A DNA stretch of 47,073 nt from contig CAIKXY010000001.1 in NCBI GenBank assembly GCA_903831595.1, forward strand, positions 1 through 47,073. The letters run 5' to 3'. The DNA comes from an uncultured bacterium. GTDB taxonomy: Bacteria > Patescibacteriota > Minisyncoccia > Phycocordibacterales > GWA1-40-21. Below, in pieces: positions 1 through 10,500 of this stretch (positions are counted from its first letter, which is position 1; each line of letters opens with the position of its first letter). The notes beneath the pieces were generated by a model. It searched no databases, had not been told where the DNA came from, and was given only the letters and a program-made list of their open reading frames with translations. The position numbers and the translations under genes were made by a program.

Positions 1-38
1 GCCCCGCCTTTTTAATTTACTTTTTTCTGCTATTATAA

Positions 39-740
39 ATGATAATGAAAAGCTTAAATTTACCAAAAATAAACAAGAATTTACACCATGCTTATTGTAT
101 TTTAGGTAATTCCGAAGGTATTATAAATGAACTAAAAACATTTTTACTGAATGAACTAGATTTTCCAACAGTAGATAACCCAGATTTTTGGCATGGAAAT
201 TTTGAGGTTATGGATATTGAAGACGGAAGAGCAATAAAAAACTCACACCAAAATAAACCAATTAAAGGTGATAAAAAAATATTTGTAGTTTCAGCAAACT
301 TTATTACAGAAAAAGCTCAAAACGCAATGTTAAAACTTTTTGAAGAACCAAGAGGCGATACACATTTCTTTTTGGTATTACCATCGTTAAGTAACATTAT
401 TCCGACTTTTCGTTCAAGACTTTTTATTATTGACACAAGTGAATCTGCCGACTCAATTATTAATCCTAAAGAATTTTTACAGATGTCATATGGAAAAAGA
501 ATGGACGCCGTCAAAAAGATTTGCGAGAACGTTTCTGATGAAGAAAAAAGTAAAATTGAAATAATTAAATTTATTAATGCTATTGAAGCAGAGATTTTTA
601 CGCATCAGTCAGTTTTAAGTCCGCGTTTGTCTGCGTCTTTGGAAGAAATTGAAAAAGTGCGACAATATGCAAGCGAACAATCTCCATCATTAAAAATGCT
701 TTTGGAGCATTTAGCTATAATTTTGCCTTTAACAAAATAA
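39..740 (+). CDS. holB: DNA polymerase III delta-prime-like clamp-loader subunit (short CPR type)
   Basis: Motifs HHAY, AQNAMLKLFEEP and IIPTFRSR are typical of HolB; Walker A and the Zn finger are degenerate. Confidence 0.8.
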   Translation: MIMKSLNLPKINKNLHHAYCILGNSEGIINELKTFLLNELDFPTVDNPDFWHGNFEVMDIEDGRAIKNSHQNKPIKGDKKIFVVSANFITEKAQNAMLKLFEEPRGDTHFFLVLPSLSNIIPTFRSRLFIIDTSESADSIINPKEFLQMSYGKRMDAVKKICENVSDEEKSKIEIIKFINAIEAEIFTHQSVLSPRLSASLEEIEKVRQYASEQSPSLKMLLEHLAIILPLTK

Positions 741-762
741 TAATTTTTGATATAATACTCCT

Positions 763-1314
763 ATGTCATACGATTTTAAAAAATTAAAAGATAGTATAAA
801 AGGTTCTGAAGAATGGTTAAAGAAAGAATACTCAGGACTTAGAACTGGTATTGCAAGTCCATCTATTTTGGATGGCGTACAAGTTGAAGTTTATGGTTCA
901 AGAATGCCGATAAATCAAGTTGCGAACATTGGTATTGAGGATGCGCGAGTTATCAGAATTACTCCTTGGGATAAATCACAATCAAAAGCAATTGAAAAAG
1001 CAATTACAGTTGCCAATCTTGGAGTGTCTGTCGGTATTGATGATAAAGGTGTAAGAATATTTTTCCCAGAGTTAACAGGTGATAGAAGATCTTTACTTAT
1101 AAAAACAGCAAAAGCCAAGCTTGAAGATGCAAAAGTAAATATTAGAGGATTTAGAGATGTTGCATCTACAGAAATAGATGCACAAGAGAAAAAGGGTGGA
1201 ATGGGAGAAGACGATAAATTTAGATATAAAAAAGAAATGCAAAAAATTGTTGATGAAGGAAATGCATCCCTTGAAGCGCTGCTTGCTAAAAAAGAAAAAG
1301 AAATTAATTCTTAA
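763..1314 (+). CDS. frr: Ribosome recycling factor
   Basis: LRTGIASPSILD, VEVYGSRMPINQVANI, FPELTGDRR, KKEKEI. Confidence 0.97.
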   Translation: MSYDFKKLKDSIKGSEEWLKKEYSGLRTGIASPSILDGVQVEVYGSRMPINQVANIGIEDARVIRITPWDKSQSKAIEKAITVANLGVSVGIDDKGVRIFFPELTGDRRSLLIKTAKAKLEDAKVNIRGFRDVASTEIDAQEKKGGMGEDDKFRYKKEMQKIVDEGNASLEALLAKKEKEINS

Positions 1315-1967
1315 TGATTTATAAAATTAAAGAATATAAAAATAAGCTAATCGAGAAAGCTTATAGAGAAGGAATGAAGGAATTCAATAAGTTTTTTGGT
1401 ATTAATCTTGAATATAACAAGGAGCCAGATATTTGTATTTTAAATAGTAGAAAAGAAATAGACTTATTAAAACGTTATAAAAGTGAAAGATGGGTTAATG
1501 CTTTTGTTATTGGAGGAAAAGGTAATATTGTTTATATTCTTGATAATAATCGGATGGAAAAAGAAAGTAGTCATAAAAAGCATTCTGATAATGAATATTC
1601 TGCACTTATTAAACATGAAATTTGTCATCTCTTTGAACATGTAGTATCAAAAAATTGTTATAAACCTTTATGGCTTGGAGATGGTCTTGCTGTATATTTA
1701 TCAGGACAATTAAAATTTTATAATAAAATTAATACATTTAGTAATTTTATTGAATCTTACGATAAATATAACAAATCAACCTATACTGAGGGTGGTAATG
1801 CTTGTATGTTGTTAATAGAAAATTTCGGTAAGAAAAAAATTCTTAGACTCATTTCTCGTTCCAGTGAGGTAAATAATAAAAATGATTTTGCAAAATTATT
1901 CAAGAAAATATACGGATTTGATTTGAGCTATAAAAATTTTAATAATTTACTTAACAAAAATATATAA
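1314..1967 (+). CDS. Putative zinc metallopeptidase-like protein (peptidase MA-like)
   Basis: HEICH (HExxH) followed by PLWLGDGLA, matching P.W..EG.A with Asp in place of Glu. Confidence 0.6.
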   Translation: MIYKIKEYKNKLIEKAYREGMKEFNKFFGINLEYNKEPDICILNSRKEIDLLKRYKSERWVNAFVIGGKGNIVYILDNNRMEKESSHKKHSDNEYSALIKHEICHLFEHVVSKNCYKPLWLGDGLAVYLSGQLKFYNKINTFSNFIESYDKYNKSTYTEGGNACMLLIENFGKKKILRLISRSSEVNNKNDFAKLFKKIYGFDLSYKNFNNLLNKNI

Positions 1968-3061
1968 TGACTATCGTTTTATTTTTAATTATACTTGCCG
2001 TACTTGTTTTTGTGCATGAGCTTGGGCATTTTGTTACAGCAAAACTATTTGGTATTCGAGTAGATGAATTTGCAATAGGTTTTCCACCTAAAATTTTTGG
2101 TTGGAAATCTGGTGAGACGCAGTATAGCTTAAATTTGATTCCGCTTGGCGGGTATGTGAAAATATTTGGTGAAGATCCTAACGATGAGTCAATCTCTGGA
2201 CCCGATAGTGTGCGAAGTTTTGTTAATGCAAAAAAATGGAAGCAAATTGTTGTATTACTTTCAGGAATTTTTATGAACTTAGTTTTTGCATGGCTATTAA
2301 TTTCAGCTTCATTTAATTTTGGTTTGCTTACATCTATCGAAGACCAATACACAAGTAATGCAAAAAATATTTCTGTCATTGTTTTGTCTGTTATGAAAAA
2401 TTCTCCAAGCGAAATAGCTGGACTTAAAGAAGGAGATAAAATTCTAGCAATTGAATCTGGAAGCAAAAAAATTACTACTCCGCTTGTTGCAGATATTCAA
2501 AATATTATTGAAAATAGTAAAGAAAAAATAAGTATTGAATATCAAAGAGTCAATGCCACGGGGACAGTAAGTATTTTGGCCAAAGATGGAGTCGTAGAAG
2601 GAAGAAAGGCAATCGGAATATCCATGGCTTTGGTTGGGACAGTTCGTTACGGCTTTTTTCAATCTTTTTTTGAAGGTGCAAAAATGACTGCTATTGAAAC
2701 CTCAAATATTGCAAAAGGGATTTTTGATTTTATTGTTGGTGCATTTAAAGGCCAAAGTGGACTGCTTTCGCAAATTGCAGGGCCAGTTGGAATTGCTGGA
2801 ATGGTTGGGCAGGCAAGTAGTATGGGACTTTCATATTTGTTTGGTTTTATTGCAATGATTTCTATAAATTTAGCAATGTTAAATCTTGTCCCATTTCCAG
2901 CACTTGATGGTGGAAGGGTTTTGTTTGTTCTAATTGAAGTTGTGATAAGAAGAAAAATTAAACCAGCAATTGCAAATTGGACAAACATGATTGGTTTTGG
3001 ACTTCTGATTGCGCTGATGCTTTTTATAACTTATAAAGATATTTTAAAGTTGTTTAAGTAA
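1967..3061 (+). CDS. rseP: RIP metalloprotease RseP (M50 family with PDZ domain)
   Basis: HELGH, LIPLGGYVKI, PDZ-like segment, NLVPFPALDGGR. Confidence 0.95.
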   Translation: MTIVLFLIILAVLVFVHELGHFVTAKLFGIRVDEFAIGFPPKIFGWKSGETQYSLNLIPLGGYVKIFGEDPNDESISGPDSVRSFVNAKKWKQIVVLLSGIFMNLVFAWLLISASFNFGLLTSIEDQYTSNAKNISVIVLSVMKNSPSEIAGLKEGDKILAIESGSKKITTPLVADIQNIIENSKEKISIEYQRVNATGTVSILAKDGVVEGRKAIGISMALVGTVRYGFFQSFFEGAKMTAIETSNIAKGIFDFIVGAFKGQSGLLSQIAGPVGIAGMVGQASSMGLSYLFGFIAMISINLAMLNLVPFPALDGGRVLFVLIEVVIRRKIKPAIANWTNMIGFGLLIALMLFITYKDILKLFK

Positions 3062-3154
3062 AAAAAGCTAGTTCACTAAATAGACAAGAACATAACAATT
3101 GACTATGAGTCAAGGGTTTTGTTTTATTATAAAATAATGTAGTATTTAAGCCAT

Positions 3155-4411
3155 ATGAGACAATCAATGTTACTAACAAAGACCCGTAAAGAAGGTCTTA
3201 AAGATGAAGTATCTAAAAATGCAAATCTCCTAATCCGTGCTGGTTTTATTAATAAAGAAATGGCTGGTGTATATTCCTATTTACCACTAGGATTGAGAAC
3301 ATTAAATAAAATTTCAAATATCGCCAGAGAAGAAATGAATAAGATTGGAAGTCAAGAACTTCTTCTTACGGCGTTACAAGATAAAGAGCCATGGGTAAAA
3401 TCAGGAAGATGGTCTGATGATGTTTATGATATTTGGTTTAAAACAAAATTAAAAAATGGGACTGAAATTGGACTTGGTAGTACACACGAAGAGCCTTTAG
3501 TCACACTTATGAAAAACCATATTAGATCATATAAAGATTTACCTGTAAGTGCGTATCAAATTCAGACGAAATTTAGGAATGAAGTAAGGGCTAAAGCTGG
3601 GATAATGCGTGGCAGAGAATTTTTAATGAAGGATATGTATTCTTTTTCTAAAGATGAAAAAGAACATGAAATATTTTATGAAAAAGCAAAAGTTGCTTAT
3701 TCTCACATTTTTAAAAGATTGGGTATTGGTGACAGGACATATTTTACCTATGCTCTAGGAGGAACTTTTAGTAAGTATTCACATGAATATCAAACTTTGG
3801 CTATCAATGGAGAAGACACAATCTATTGTTGTGACGAATGTATGGTTGCAATAAACAAAGAGCTTATCGACGAAATAAAAGAATGTCCTTCATGTAAAAA
3901 TAAAAAATTGATTGAGAGAAAGTCAGTTGAAGTTGGGAACATATTTAAATTGGGAATAAAATATTCTGAGCCGCTTGGTCTTATATACATAGATGAAAAA
4001 GGGGCAAAAAAATTTGTTTTTATGGGATGTTATGGTTTCGGGCCTTCAAGGACGATGGGAACAATTACAGAAATTCTTTCTGATGAAAAAGGCTTAGTGT
4101 GGCCGGTGTCTGTTGCACCTTTTAAGGTCCACATAGTTGAAATATCTTCTGAAAATAAAAAAGTTAGAGAGACTTCAGAAAAACTCTATGATATATTTAC
4201 AAAAAATGGTGTAGAAGTATTGTATGATGACAGAGACGCTCGTGCCGGAGAAAAGTTTAATGATTCTGACCTTATAGGTATTCCACTTAGAATTGTAATT
4301 AGTGAGAAAGGTTTAGAAAAAGGTGAATTTGAAATTAAACAAAGAATTGATGGAAAAGTATTTAATATAAAAGAAAAAGAACTTATGGATTTTGTAAATA
4401 AATATAATTAA
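3155..4411 (+). CDS. proS: Proline--tRNA ligase (short form without INS editing domain)
   Basis: LIRAGFI, THEE, QIQTKFRNEVR..GIMRGREFLMKDMYSF, EVGNIFKLG, anticodon-binding domain. Confidence 0.96.
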   Translation: MRQSMLLTKTRKEGLKDEVSKNANLLIRAGFINKEMAGVYSYLPLGLRTLNKISNIAREEMNKIGSQELLLTALQDKEPWVKSGRWSDDVYDIWFKTKLKNGTEIGLGSTHEEPLVTLMKNHIRSYKDLPVSAYQIQTKFRNEVRAKAGIMRGREFLMKDMYSFSKDEKEHEIFYEKAKVAYSHIFKRLGIGDRTYFTYALGGTFSKYSHEYQTLAINGEDTIYCCDECMVAINKELIDEIKECPSCKNKKLIERKSVEVGNIFKLGIKYSEPLGLIYIDEKGAKKFVFMGCYGFGPSRTMGTITEILSDEKGLVWPVSVAPFKVHIVEISSENKKVRETSEKLYDIFTKNGVEVLYDDRDARAGEKFNDSDLIGIPLRIVISEKGLEKGEFEIKQRIDGKVFNIKEKELMDFVNKYN

Positions 4412-4412
4412 A

Positions 4413-5474
4413 ATGTTTAATGATTTAAGAGCAAAAATATATAAGCGTTTTTCTAATGATATCGGGATTGATCTTGGTACGGCCAATACTCTTGTCTATG
4501 TTTCTGGAAAAGGAATTATTATTAACGAACCATCGGTTGTTGCACTTAATCAAAAAACAGGAAGAGTTGTAGCGGTTGGTACTCAAGCAAAAGAAATGCT
4601 TGGCAGGACTCCTCCACACATAGTTGCAATAAGACCACTCGTTGATGGAGTCATTTTTGATTTTGAAGTCACTGAAGAAATGATTGCATATTTAATAAAA
4701 AAAGCTGAAGAACTTTCTCCCAAAATACTTGGGCCAAGAGTTGTTGTTGGCGTACCAAGTGGTGTTACAAACGTTGAAATACGAGCAGTAAGAGATGCTA
4801 CGAGAAACGCTGGTGCAAGAGAAGTACATATTGTTGAAGAGCCAATGGCAGGAGCAATTGGAATCCGTTTACCAATAAATGATCCCGTGGGAAGTATGGT
4901 GATTGATATTGGTGGCGGGACAACAGATATTGCAGTTATATCTCTTGGTGGAATTGTGAAATCAAAAAATTTGAGAATTGCCGGAGATAAACTAAATAAC
5001 GATATCATCAGTTATATTAGAAGTGAATTTAAAATTTTAATTGGAGAAAAAACAGCTGAAAATATTAAAATTGCTATTGGTAATGTTGTACAGGGTGAAC
5101 ATATGGAAGCTCCAATAAAGGGCAGGGATTTAATCACCGGCCTGCCAAGAGAGGTTATTTTAACTGATTCTGATATTAGAGAAGCAATATCTCTTTCAAT
5201 TGAAAGTTTGGTGGACGCAACAAAAGAAGTTCTTGAGACGACACCGCCAGAAATTCTTTCAGATATCATGAAAAGAGGAATTTATCTTTTTGGTGGTGGC
5301 GCACTTATAAAAGGACTTGATGTTTTATTAAGCGATTATTTGAAAATTCCAGTTCATTTTGTTGAGGATCCATTGACTGCTGTTGCTCGAGGAACTGGTG
5401 TTATACTCGAAAACATGGATCTTTATAGAGATGCATTAATTCAAAACGAAGATGAACTTCCACCAAAGAAATAA
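4413..5474 (+). CDS. mreB: Rod shape-determining actin-like protein MreB
   Basis: DIGIDLGTANTLV, EPSVVA, DIGGGTTD, GGGAL, EDPLTAVARG. Confidence 0.97.
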   Translation: MFNDLRAKIYKRFSNDIGIDLGTANTLVYVSGKGIIINEPSVVALNQKTGRVVAVGTQAKEMLGRTPPHIVAIRPLVDGVIFDFEVTEEMIAYLIKKAEELSPKILGPRVVVGVPSGVTNVEIRAVRDATRNAGAREVHIVEEPMAGAIGIRLPINDPVGSMVIDIGGGTTDIAVISLGGIVKSKNLRIAGDKLNNDIISYIRSEFKILIGEKTAENIKIAIGNVVQGEHMEAPIKGRDLITGLPREVILTDSDIREAISLSIESLVDATKEVLETTPPEILSDIMKRGIYLFGGGALIKGLDVLLSDYLKIPVHFVEDPLTAVARGTGVILENMDLYRDALIQNEDELPPKK

Positions 5475-6258
5475 TAATTTTTTAATTAGAGAAAATGGTA
5501 AAAAAAATCATATTTTTTATATAGTTGCTGTAATTTTTTTTATTTTAATTTTTTCTCTACCTTGGACCAGGAATTTACTTTTTAGTGCCGGCTCTCCTTT
5601 GTGGTCCTTAAAAAATAGTATTGTCACTTTTTTTTCAAATAATATTTCCGTTTTGGATTCAAAAGTTAATTTATTAAAAGAGAATAGTATTCTTAAACAA
5701 CAAACTTTAACGGATAATAGAGAGCAAGCATTGCTTGGTTTATTAAAGAAGGAAAATGAGGACCTAAAAAATATTGTAAATCGAAGTAATTATGGTCAGA
5801 AATTATTGTTGTCCACTGTTCTAGTTAAGCCATTTTTATCAGCATACGACACTCTAATTCTTGATGTTGGCTCAGTAAATGGCGTGGTTGTTGGAAACAA
5901 AGTTATAGCTGATGGAAATACATTCATTGGCTATATTTCTGAGGTTTATGATGATACATCAAAAGTGATTTTGTATTCATCACCTGGTGAACAAGTGAAA
6001 GTTTTAATTGGAAACAATAATGTTGAGAAGAATGCAACAGGACTTGGTGGTGGAAATTTTTCCGCGCAGGTTCCAAAAGAAATTGATGTAAAAGAAGGTG
6101 ACAATATTGTTATTCCTTCGATTTCTGCAAATGTTTTTGGCATAGTTGAAAAAATTGAATATAAAGAAACTGATTCATACCAAAATGTCTTGTTTAAGAG
6201 TCCAGTAAATATCTCAGAATTAAAGTGGGTTGAGGTATTGTTATCAAATAAAAAATAA
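5452..6258 (+). CDS. mreC: Rod shape-determining protein MreC
   Basis: N-terminal TM, coiled coil, LILDVGSVNGV beta-domain; directly follows mreB. Confidence 0.88.
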   Translation: MNFHQRNNNFLIRENGKKNHIFYIVAVIFFILIFSLPWTRNLLFSAGSPLWSLKNSIVTFFSNNISVLDSKVNLLKENSILKQQTLTDNREQALLGLLKKENEDLKNIVNRSNYGQKLLLSTVLVKPFLSAYDTLILDVGSVNGVVVGNKVIADGNTFIGYISEVYDDTSKVILYSSPGEQVKVLIGNNNVEKNATGLGGGNFSAQVPKEIDVKEGDNIVIPSISANVFGIVEKIEYKETDSYQNVLFKSPVNISELKWVEVLLSNKK

Positions 6259-6259
6259 A

Positions 6260-6535
6260 ATGTTTAGGAAAAATAATCTTTACAGGATAATAGCTGATAT
6301 TTTTTTGATTTTATCTATTTTTTTGTTACCAAGTTATATTTCAATCACTTTAATCTTTGTCTCTGTTTTAATTTTTAATAATTTTATTGAGTCAATTTTT
6401 TTTGGTTTTATGCTTGATATGCTATACAGCAGTGGAAGAATTTTTGGATACCATTTCGCATATTTTTTCACATTTATTTCTGTTATTTTCTATATAATTT
6501 CATTTAAAATTAAAGAAATGGTTAGGGTCTCATAA
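6260..6535 (+). CDS. Small membrane protein in the mreD position
   Basis: Very hydrophobic 91 aa with GFMLDMLY; lies between mreC and mrdA; ATG at 6260. Confidence 0.6.
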   Translation: MFRKNNLYRIIADIFLILSIFLLPSYISITLIFVSVLIFNNFIESIFFGFMLDMLYSSGRIFGYHFAYFFTFISVIFYIISFKIKEMVRVS

Positions 6536-6539
6536 ATAA

Positions 6540-8243
6540 ATGTTTAAAAAAGTAAAAAAAAAGATTAAAGGTAATCCATATAAAGACAGAATAAAAGATA
6601 TCGATCCAGATGAAATCTTTTTAGATTCTGAAAATTTACCAAAATTTAACGTTGATCAGTTTGAAGGAAGGATAGAAAAGCCTATTTCAAGTAGGACTTT
6701 TGTGTTTTTTGGTATAGCTTGTTTTTTAATTTTTGCTGGTTTTATCATTCGTGCAATAAATTTACAAGTAACAAATGGTCCATATTATTTACAAAAAAGT
6801 GAGAATAACCGATTACGAAATACATTAGTATTTGCAAACAGAGGCGTGATTTATGACAGAAATGACAATAAACTTGCATGGAATGTTGATAGCGAGAGCA
6901 GTCCTGAGTTTTCGTTAAGAAAATACAGCAGTCAGTCTGGTCTATCTCATGTTTTGGGTTATATAAAATATCCATCAAAAGATAGTTCAGGTTTCTATTA
7001 CAGTGAAGACTTTGTTGGTAAGGATGGTGTTGAGAAATATTATAGTGATATTTTGTCCAGTAAAAATGGTTTAAGAATTGTTGAGGTTGATGCACATGGA
7101 GCTATACAATCACAAAGTGTTGTTCGCCCTGCCGTCGATGGTCAAGATATCAAACTTTCTATTGATTCAAATTTACAAAGTGAAATTTATAAAGTTATTT
7201 CAGATTTGGTAAATAGAGTGGGTTTTACAGGTGGTGCCGGAGTTATCATGGATGTTAACACCGGGGAGGTTTTAGCTTTAACAAGTTATCCAGAATATGA
7301 CTCTCAAACTTTAACTGATGGAACGAATTCATTAGCAATTAATCAATTATTAAAAAATAAAAATAATCCATTTTTGGATAGGGTAGTAAATGGGCTTTAT
7401 ACACCGGGTTCTATTGTAAAACCTTATATGTCGATTGCTGCATTAAATGAAAACATTATTGACCCTAATACAAAAATTTTGAGTACTGGGTCTATCTCTA
7501 TTCCAAATATTTACGACCCTCTACATCCATCAGTGTTCAAAGACTGGCGAGCTCAAGGTTGGGTGGATATGAGGCACGCGATTGCTGTTTCTTCAGACGT
7601 GTATTTTTATGAAGTTGGTGGGGGATATGAAAATCAAAAAGGGTTAGGTATTTCTCTTATAGATAAATATATGCATCTATTTGGTTTTGGTTTTGATATA
7701 CCAAATGGTTTTTTTACAGGGACCAGCGGAGTAATTCCTGATCCACAGTGGAAGGCCGAAAATTTTAATGGAGAAAAATGGAATATTGGAGATACTTATC
7801 ACACTTCAATTGGGCAGTACGGTTTTCAAGTCACTCCTATTCAAACAGTCAGAGCAGTTGCAAGCATTGCAAATGGCGGAAAATTATTGGAACCATCAAT
7901 ATTGTCTGGCGGTAATCCTGATAAGTTTATTCAGTTGAATCTTGACCCAGCAGATTATAAAGTGGTAAGAGAAGGAATGAAGCTCGGTGTAGAAGAAGGG
8001 GTTGCCGTTGGTTTAAATACAGGATATTTATCTTTGGGGGCTAAAACTGGAACTGCAGAACTTGGTTCAAAAAAACAATTTGTGAACTCATGGGTTACAG
8101 GTTTTTTCCCATATGATAATCCCAAATATGCGTTCGCAATTATTATGGAAAAGGGTCCAGTTACAAACACTATGGGGGGCGTTTATGTTATGCGCCAAGT
8201 TCTTGATTGGATGCATATTAATACACCACAATATTTAAAATAA
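6540..8243 (+). CDS. mrdA: Penicillin-binding protein 2 (class B transpeptidase)
   Basis: PGSIVK (SxxK), SSDVYFY (SxD), KTGT; follows mreBC. Confidence 0.93.
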   Translation: MFKKVKKKIKGNPYKDRIKDIDPDEIFLDSENLPKFNVDQFEGRIEKPISSRTFVFFGIACFLIFAGFIIRAINLQVTNGPYYLQKSENNRLRNTLVFANRGVIYDRNDNKLAWNVDSESSPEFSLRKYSSQSGLSHVLGYIKYPSKDSSGFYYSEDFVGKDGVEKYYSDILSSKNGLRIVEVDAHGAIQSQSVVRPAVDGQDIKLSIDSNLQSEIYKVISDLVNRVGFTGGAGVIMDVNTGEVLALTSYPEYDSQTLTDGTNSLAINQLLKNKNNPFLDRVVNGLYTPGSIVKPYMSIAALNENIIDPNTKILSTGSISIPNIYDPLHPSVFKDWRAQGWVDMRHAIAVSSDVYFYEVGGGYENQKGLGISLIDKYMHLFGFGFDIPNGFFTGTSGVIPDPQWKAENFNGEKWNIGDTYHTSIGQYGFQVTPIQTVRAVASIANGGKLLEPSILSGGNPDKFIQLNLDPADYKVVREGMKLGVEEGVAVGLNTGYLSLGAKTGTAELGSKKQFVNSWVTGFFPYDNPKYAFAIIMEKGPVTNTMGGVYVMRQVLDWMHINTPQYLK

Positions 8244-8316
8244 TTATATTTCTTTGACTAAGTAACAATTTATTGCTAAAATACACCCAACTTTAATAAT
8301 TTAAATCATAAATAAT

Positions 8317-8784
8317 ATGGACGAAAGAAGAGAATATTTAACGAAAGAAAAGTATAACCAATTAGTAATCGAGCTCAATGATTTAAAAAATGTAAAAAGA
8401 AAAGAAGTTGCTGAAGCTCTTGACTATGCAAGAGGCTTGGGGGACTTGTCAGAGAATGCAGAATATCATGAAGCAAGGACAAGACAGGCTGATGTTGAAG
8501 AAAGAATTAAAAAAATAGAGGATATTTTAAAAAACACAACTGTTGTTGAGGATAAACACGGAGATCACGCAGTGATAGGTAGTACTGTAGTCGTAGAGAA
8601 AGCAGATGGAACAAAGAAGATGACTCTCATGATTGTTGGTTCTGCTGAGTCAGATATTGCAACAGGTAAAATTTCAAATAGATCACCAATCGGTGCCGCA
8701 GTTTTAGGTAAAAAGAAAGGCGATATTTTCCAATTTAATTCTCCAAGCGGAAAGATGGAATATAAACTTCTTGAAGTAAAATAA
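8317..8784 (+). CDS. greA: Transcription elongation factor GreA
   Basis: GDLSENAEY, ISNRSPIGAAVLG. Confidence 0.97.
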   Translation: MDERREYLTKEKYNQLVIELNDLKNVKRKEVAEALDYARGLGDLSENAEYHEARTRQADVEERIKKIEDILKNTTVVEDKHGDHAVIGSTVVVEKADGTKKMTLMIVGSAESDIATGKISNRSPIGAAVLGKKKGDIFQFNSPSGKMEYKLLEVK

Positions 8785-8794
8785 ACTAATAAAA

Positions 8795-10252
8795 ATGTCT
8801 TCTTTTGAAGAACTAAGAAAAACAAGAATCGAAAAAATAAAACTGCTAGAGAAAGCAGGAATGGAACCATATCCAGCAACATCGAAACAAGATTACTCAA
8901 TTTCAGAAGTAATTGCAGATTTTGATAAAATTGCTAAAAAATCATCCATAAATCTTTGTGGAAGAATTATGGCTATAAGAGGTCAGGGAGGTTTGATATT
9001 TATTAATATAAATGATGGTACAGCAACTTTTCAAGGTTTACTAAAAAAAGATGAAATGGAAGAAAAAGTTTTTGATCTTTTTCAAAACACTATTGATATA
9101 GGAGATTTTATTGAAATTAATGGAAAACTTTTTATAACAAAAAGAGGGGAAAAAACTCTTCAGGTTTCAGATTGGAAAATTTTAACAAAAAGCTTAAGAC
9201 CACTTCCAGAGAAATGGCATGGTATTCAGGATGAAGAAGAAAGATTAAGAAAAAGATATCTTGATATTATTTTTAATCATGATGTGAAGGAAATGATAGT
9301 AAAAAGAGCAAAATTTTTTGCTTCTGTTAGAATATTTCTTGAAAAAAAAGATTTTATGGAAGTTCAGACTCCAACTCTTGAAAACACAGCAGGGGGAGCT
9401 GAGGCAAAGCCGTTTATAACACACTATAATGCTTATGATACTGATGTTTATTTAAGAATTTCACCAGAACTTTGGCTTAAACGCTTGATGGTTGCCGGCT
9501 TTCCAAAAGTTTTTGAGATTGGAAAAGTTTTTAGAAATGAGGGAGTTGATGCAGAACATTTGCAGGATTATATGCATTTTGAATTTTACTGGGCCTACGC
9601 AGACTATAATATGGGGATGGAATTTGTAGAAGAAATGTACAAATATATAGCAAAAGAAACCTTTGGTACACTTAAATTTAAAATTAAAGGATTTGATATT
9701 GATCTTGAAACAAAGTGGCAAAAATATGATTATGTAGAAATAATTAAAGAAAAAACCGGGATAGATATTTTTGATACAAATATTAGGGAAGTTGAGAATA
9801 AACTTCAAAGTTTAAAAGTTGAATATGATAAGAAGGGTTTAAATTTAAATAGAGTAATTGATTCTTTGTGGAAATATTGTAGGAAACAAATAGCTGGTCC
9901 AGGTTTTCTTGTAAATGTTCCTGTTATGATGGAGCCACTTGCGAAAAGAATGAGTAAAAACAAAAATCTTGTTGAGAGATTTCAGCCAATTATTGCTGGT
10001 TCAGAAATGGGTAAAGGATTCTCTGAGCTCAATGATCCATTTGATCAAATGGAAAGGTTTGTTGAGCAAGCCAAGCTTCGCGAAGAAGGTGATGATGAAG
10101 CTCAAATGATGGATGGAGAATTTGTTGAAGCCCTTGAATATGGAATGCCACCAACTTTTGGTTTTGGTGTGTCAGAAAGATTGTTTTGGTTTCTCGAGGA
10201 TAAGTCTGGTAGAGATTGTCAGATTTTTCCATTTATGCGAATAAAAGGGTAA
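8795..10252 (+). CDS. lysS: Lysine--tRNA ligase (class II)
   Basis: LRPLPEKWHG, YLRISPELWLKRL, FRNEG, ELNDP, EYGMPPT. Confidence 0.97.
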   Translation: MSSFEELRKTRIEKIKLLEKAGMEPYPATSKQDYSISEVIADFDKIAKKSSINLCGRIMAIRGQGGLIFININDGTATFQGLLKKDEMEEKVFDLFQNTIDIGDFIEINGKLFITKRGEKTLQVSDWKILTKSLRPLPEKWHGIQDEEERLRKRYLDIIFNHDVKEMIVKRAKFFASVRIFLEKKDFMEVQTPTLENTAGGAEAKPFITHYNAYDTDVYLRISPELWLKRLMVAGFPKVFEIGKVFRNEGVDAEHLQDYMHFEFYWAYADYNMGMEFVEEMYKYIAKETFGTLKFKIKGFDIDLETKWQKYDYVEIIKEKTGIDIFDTNIREVENKLQSLKVEYDKKGLNLNRVIDSLWKYCRKQIAGPGFLVNVPVMMEPLAKRMSKNKNLVERFQPIIAGSEMGKGFSELNDPFDQMERFVEQAKLREEGDDEAQMMDGEFVEALEYGMPPTFGFGVSERLFWFLEDKSGRDCQIFPFMRIKG

Positions 10253-10272
10253 AATTATTTTAATAAAATTTT

Positions 10273-10302
10273 AAAAAGATTCCTTGCATTAGGAATTTTT
10301 TT
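10273..10302 (+). terminator. Intrinsic terminator after lysS
   Basis: AAAAAGATTCCT-tgcatt-AGGAATTTTTTT hairpin with T tract. Confidence 0.65.
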
Positions 10303-10420
10303 AATTTATTTTTTTTAAATATTTATATACTGTTGATAACTATTTTATTATGTTGAAAAAGGCATATTTTAAGCCATATTTTTATTTATTTATTAATGAA
10401 AATAATTGTGAGTTTTGTTG

Positions 10421-10473
10421 TTGCATTGTGGGATAAAGTGCTATAAAATATATAGTATGTGGGAAGAAGTGGG
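10421..10473 (+). promoter_or_regulatory. mraZ/dcw promoter with MraZ-binding GTGGG repeats
   Basis: GTGGG at 10428, 10459 and 10469 and GTG at 10438 (pairs 10 bp apart), overlapping TTGCAT-17-TAAAAT; matches known MraZ autoregulatory boxes. Confidence 0.8.
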
Positions 10474-10500
10474 ACTTAAAATTCTTCTCAAAAAACTACT

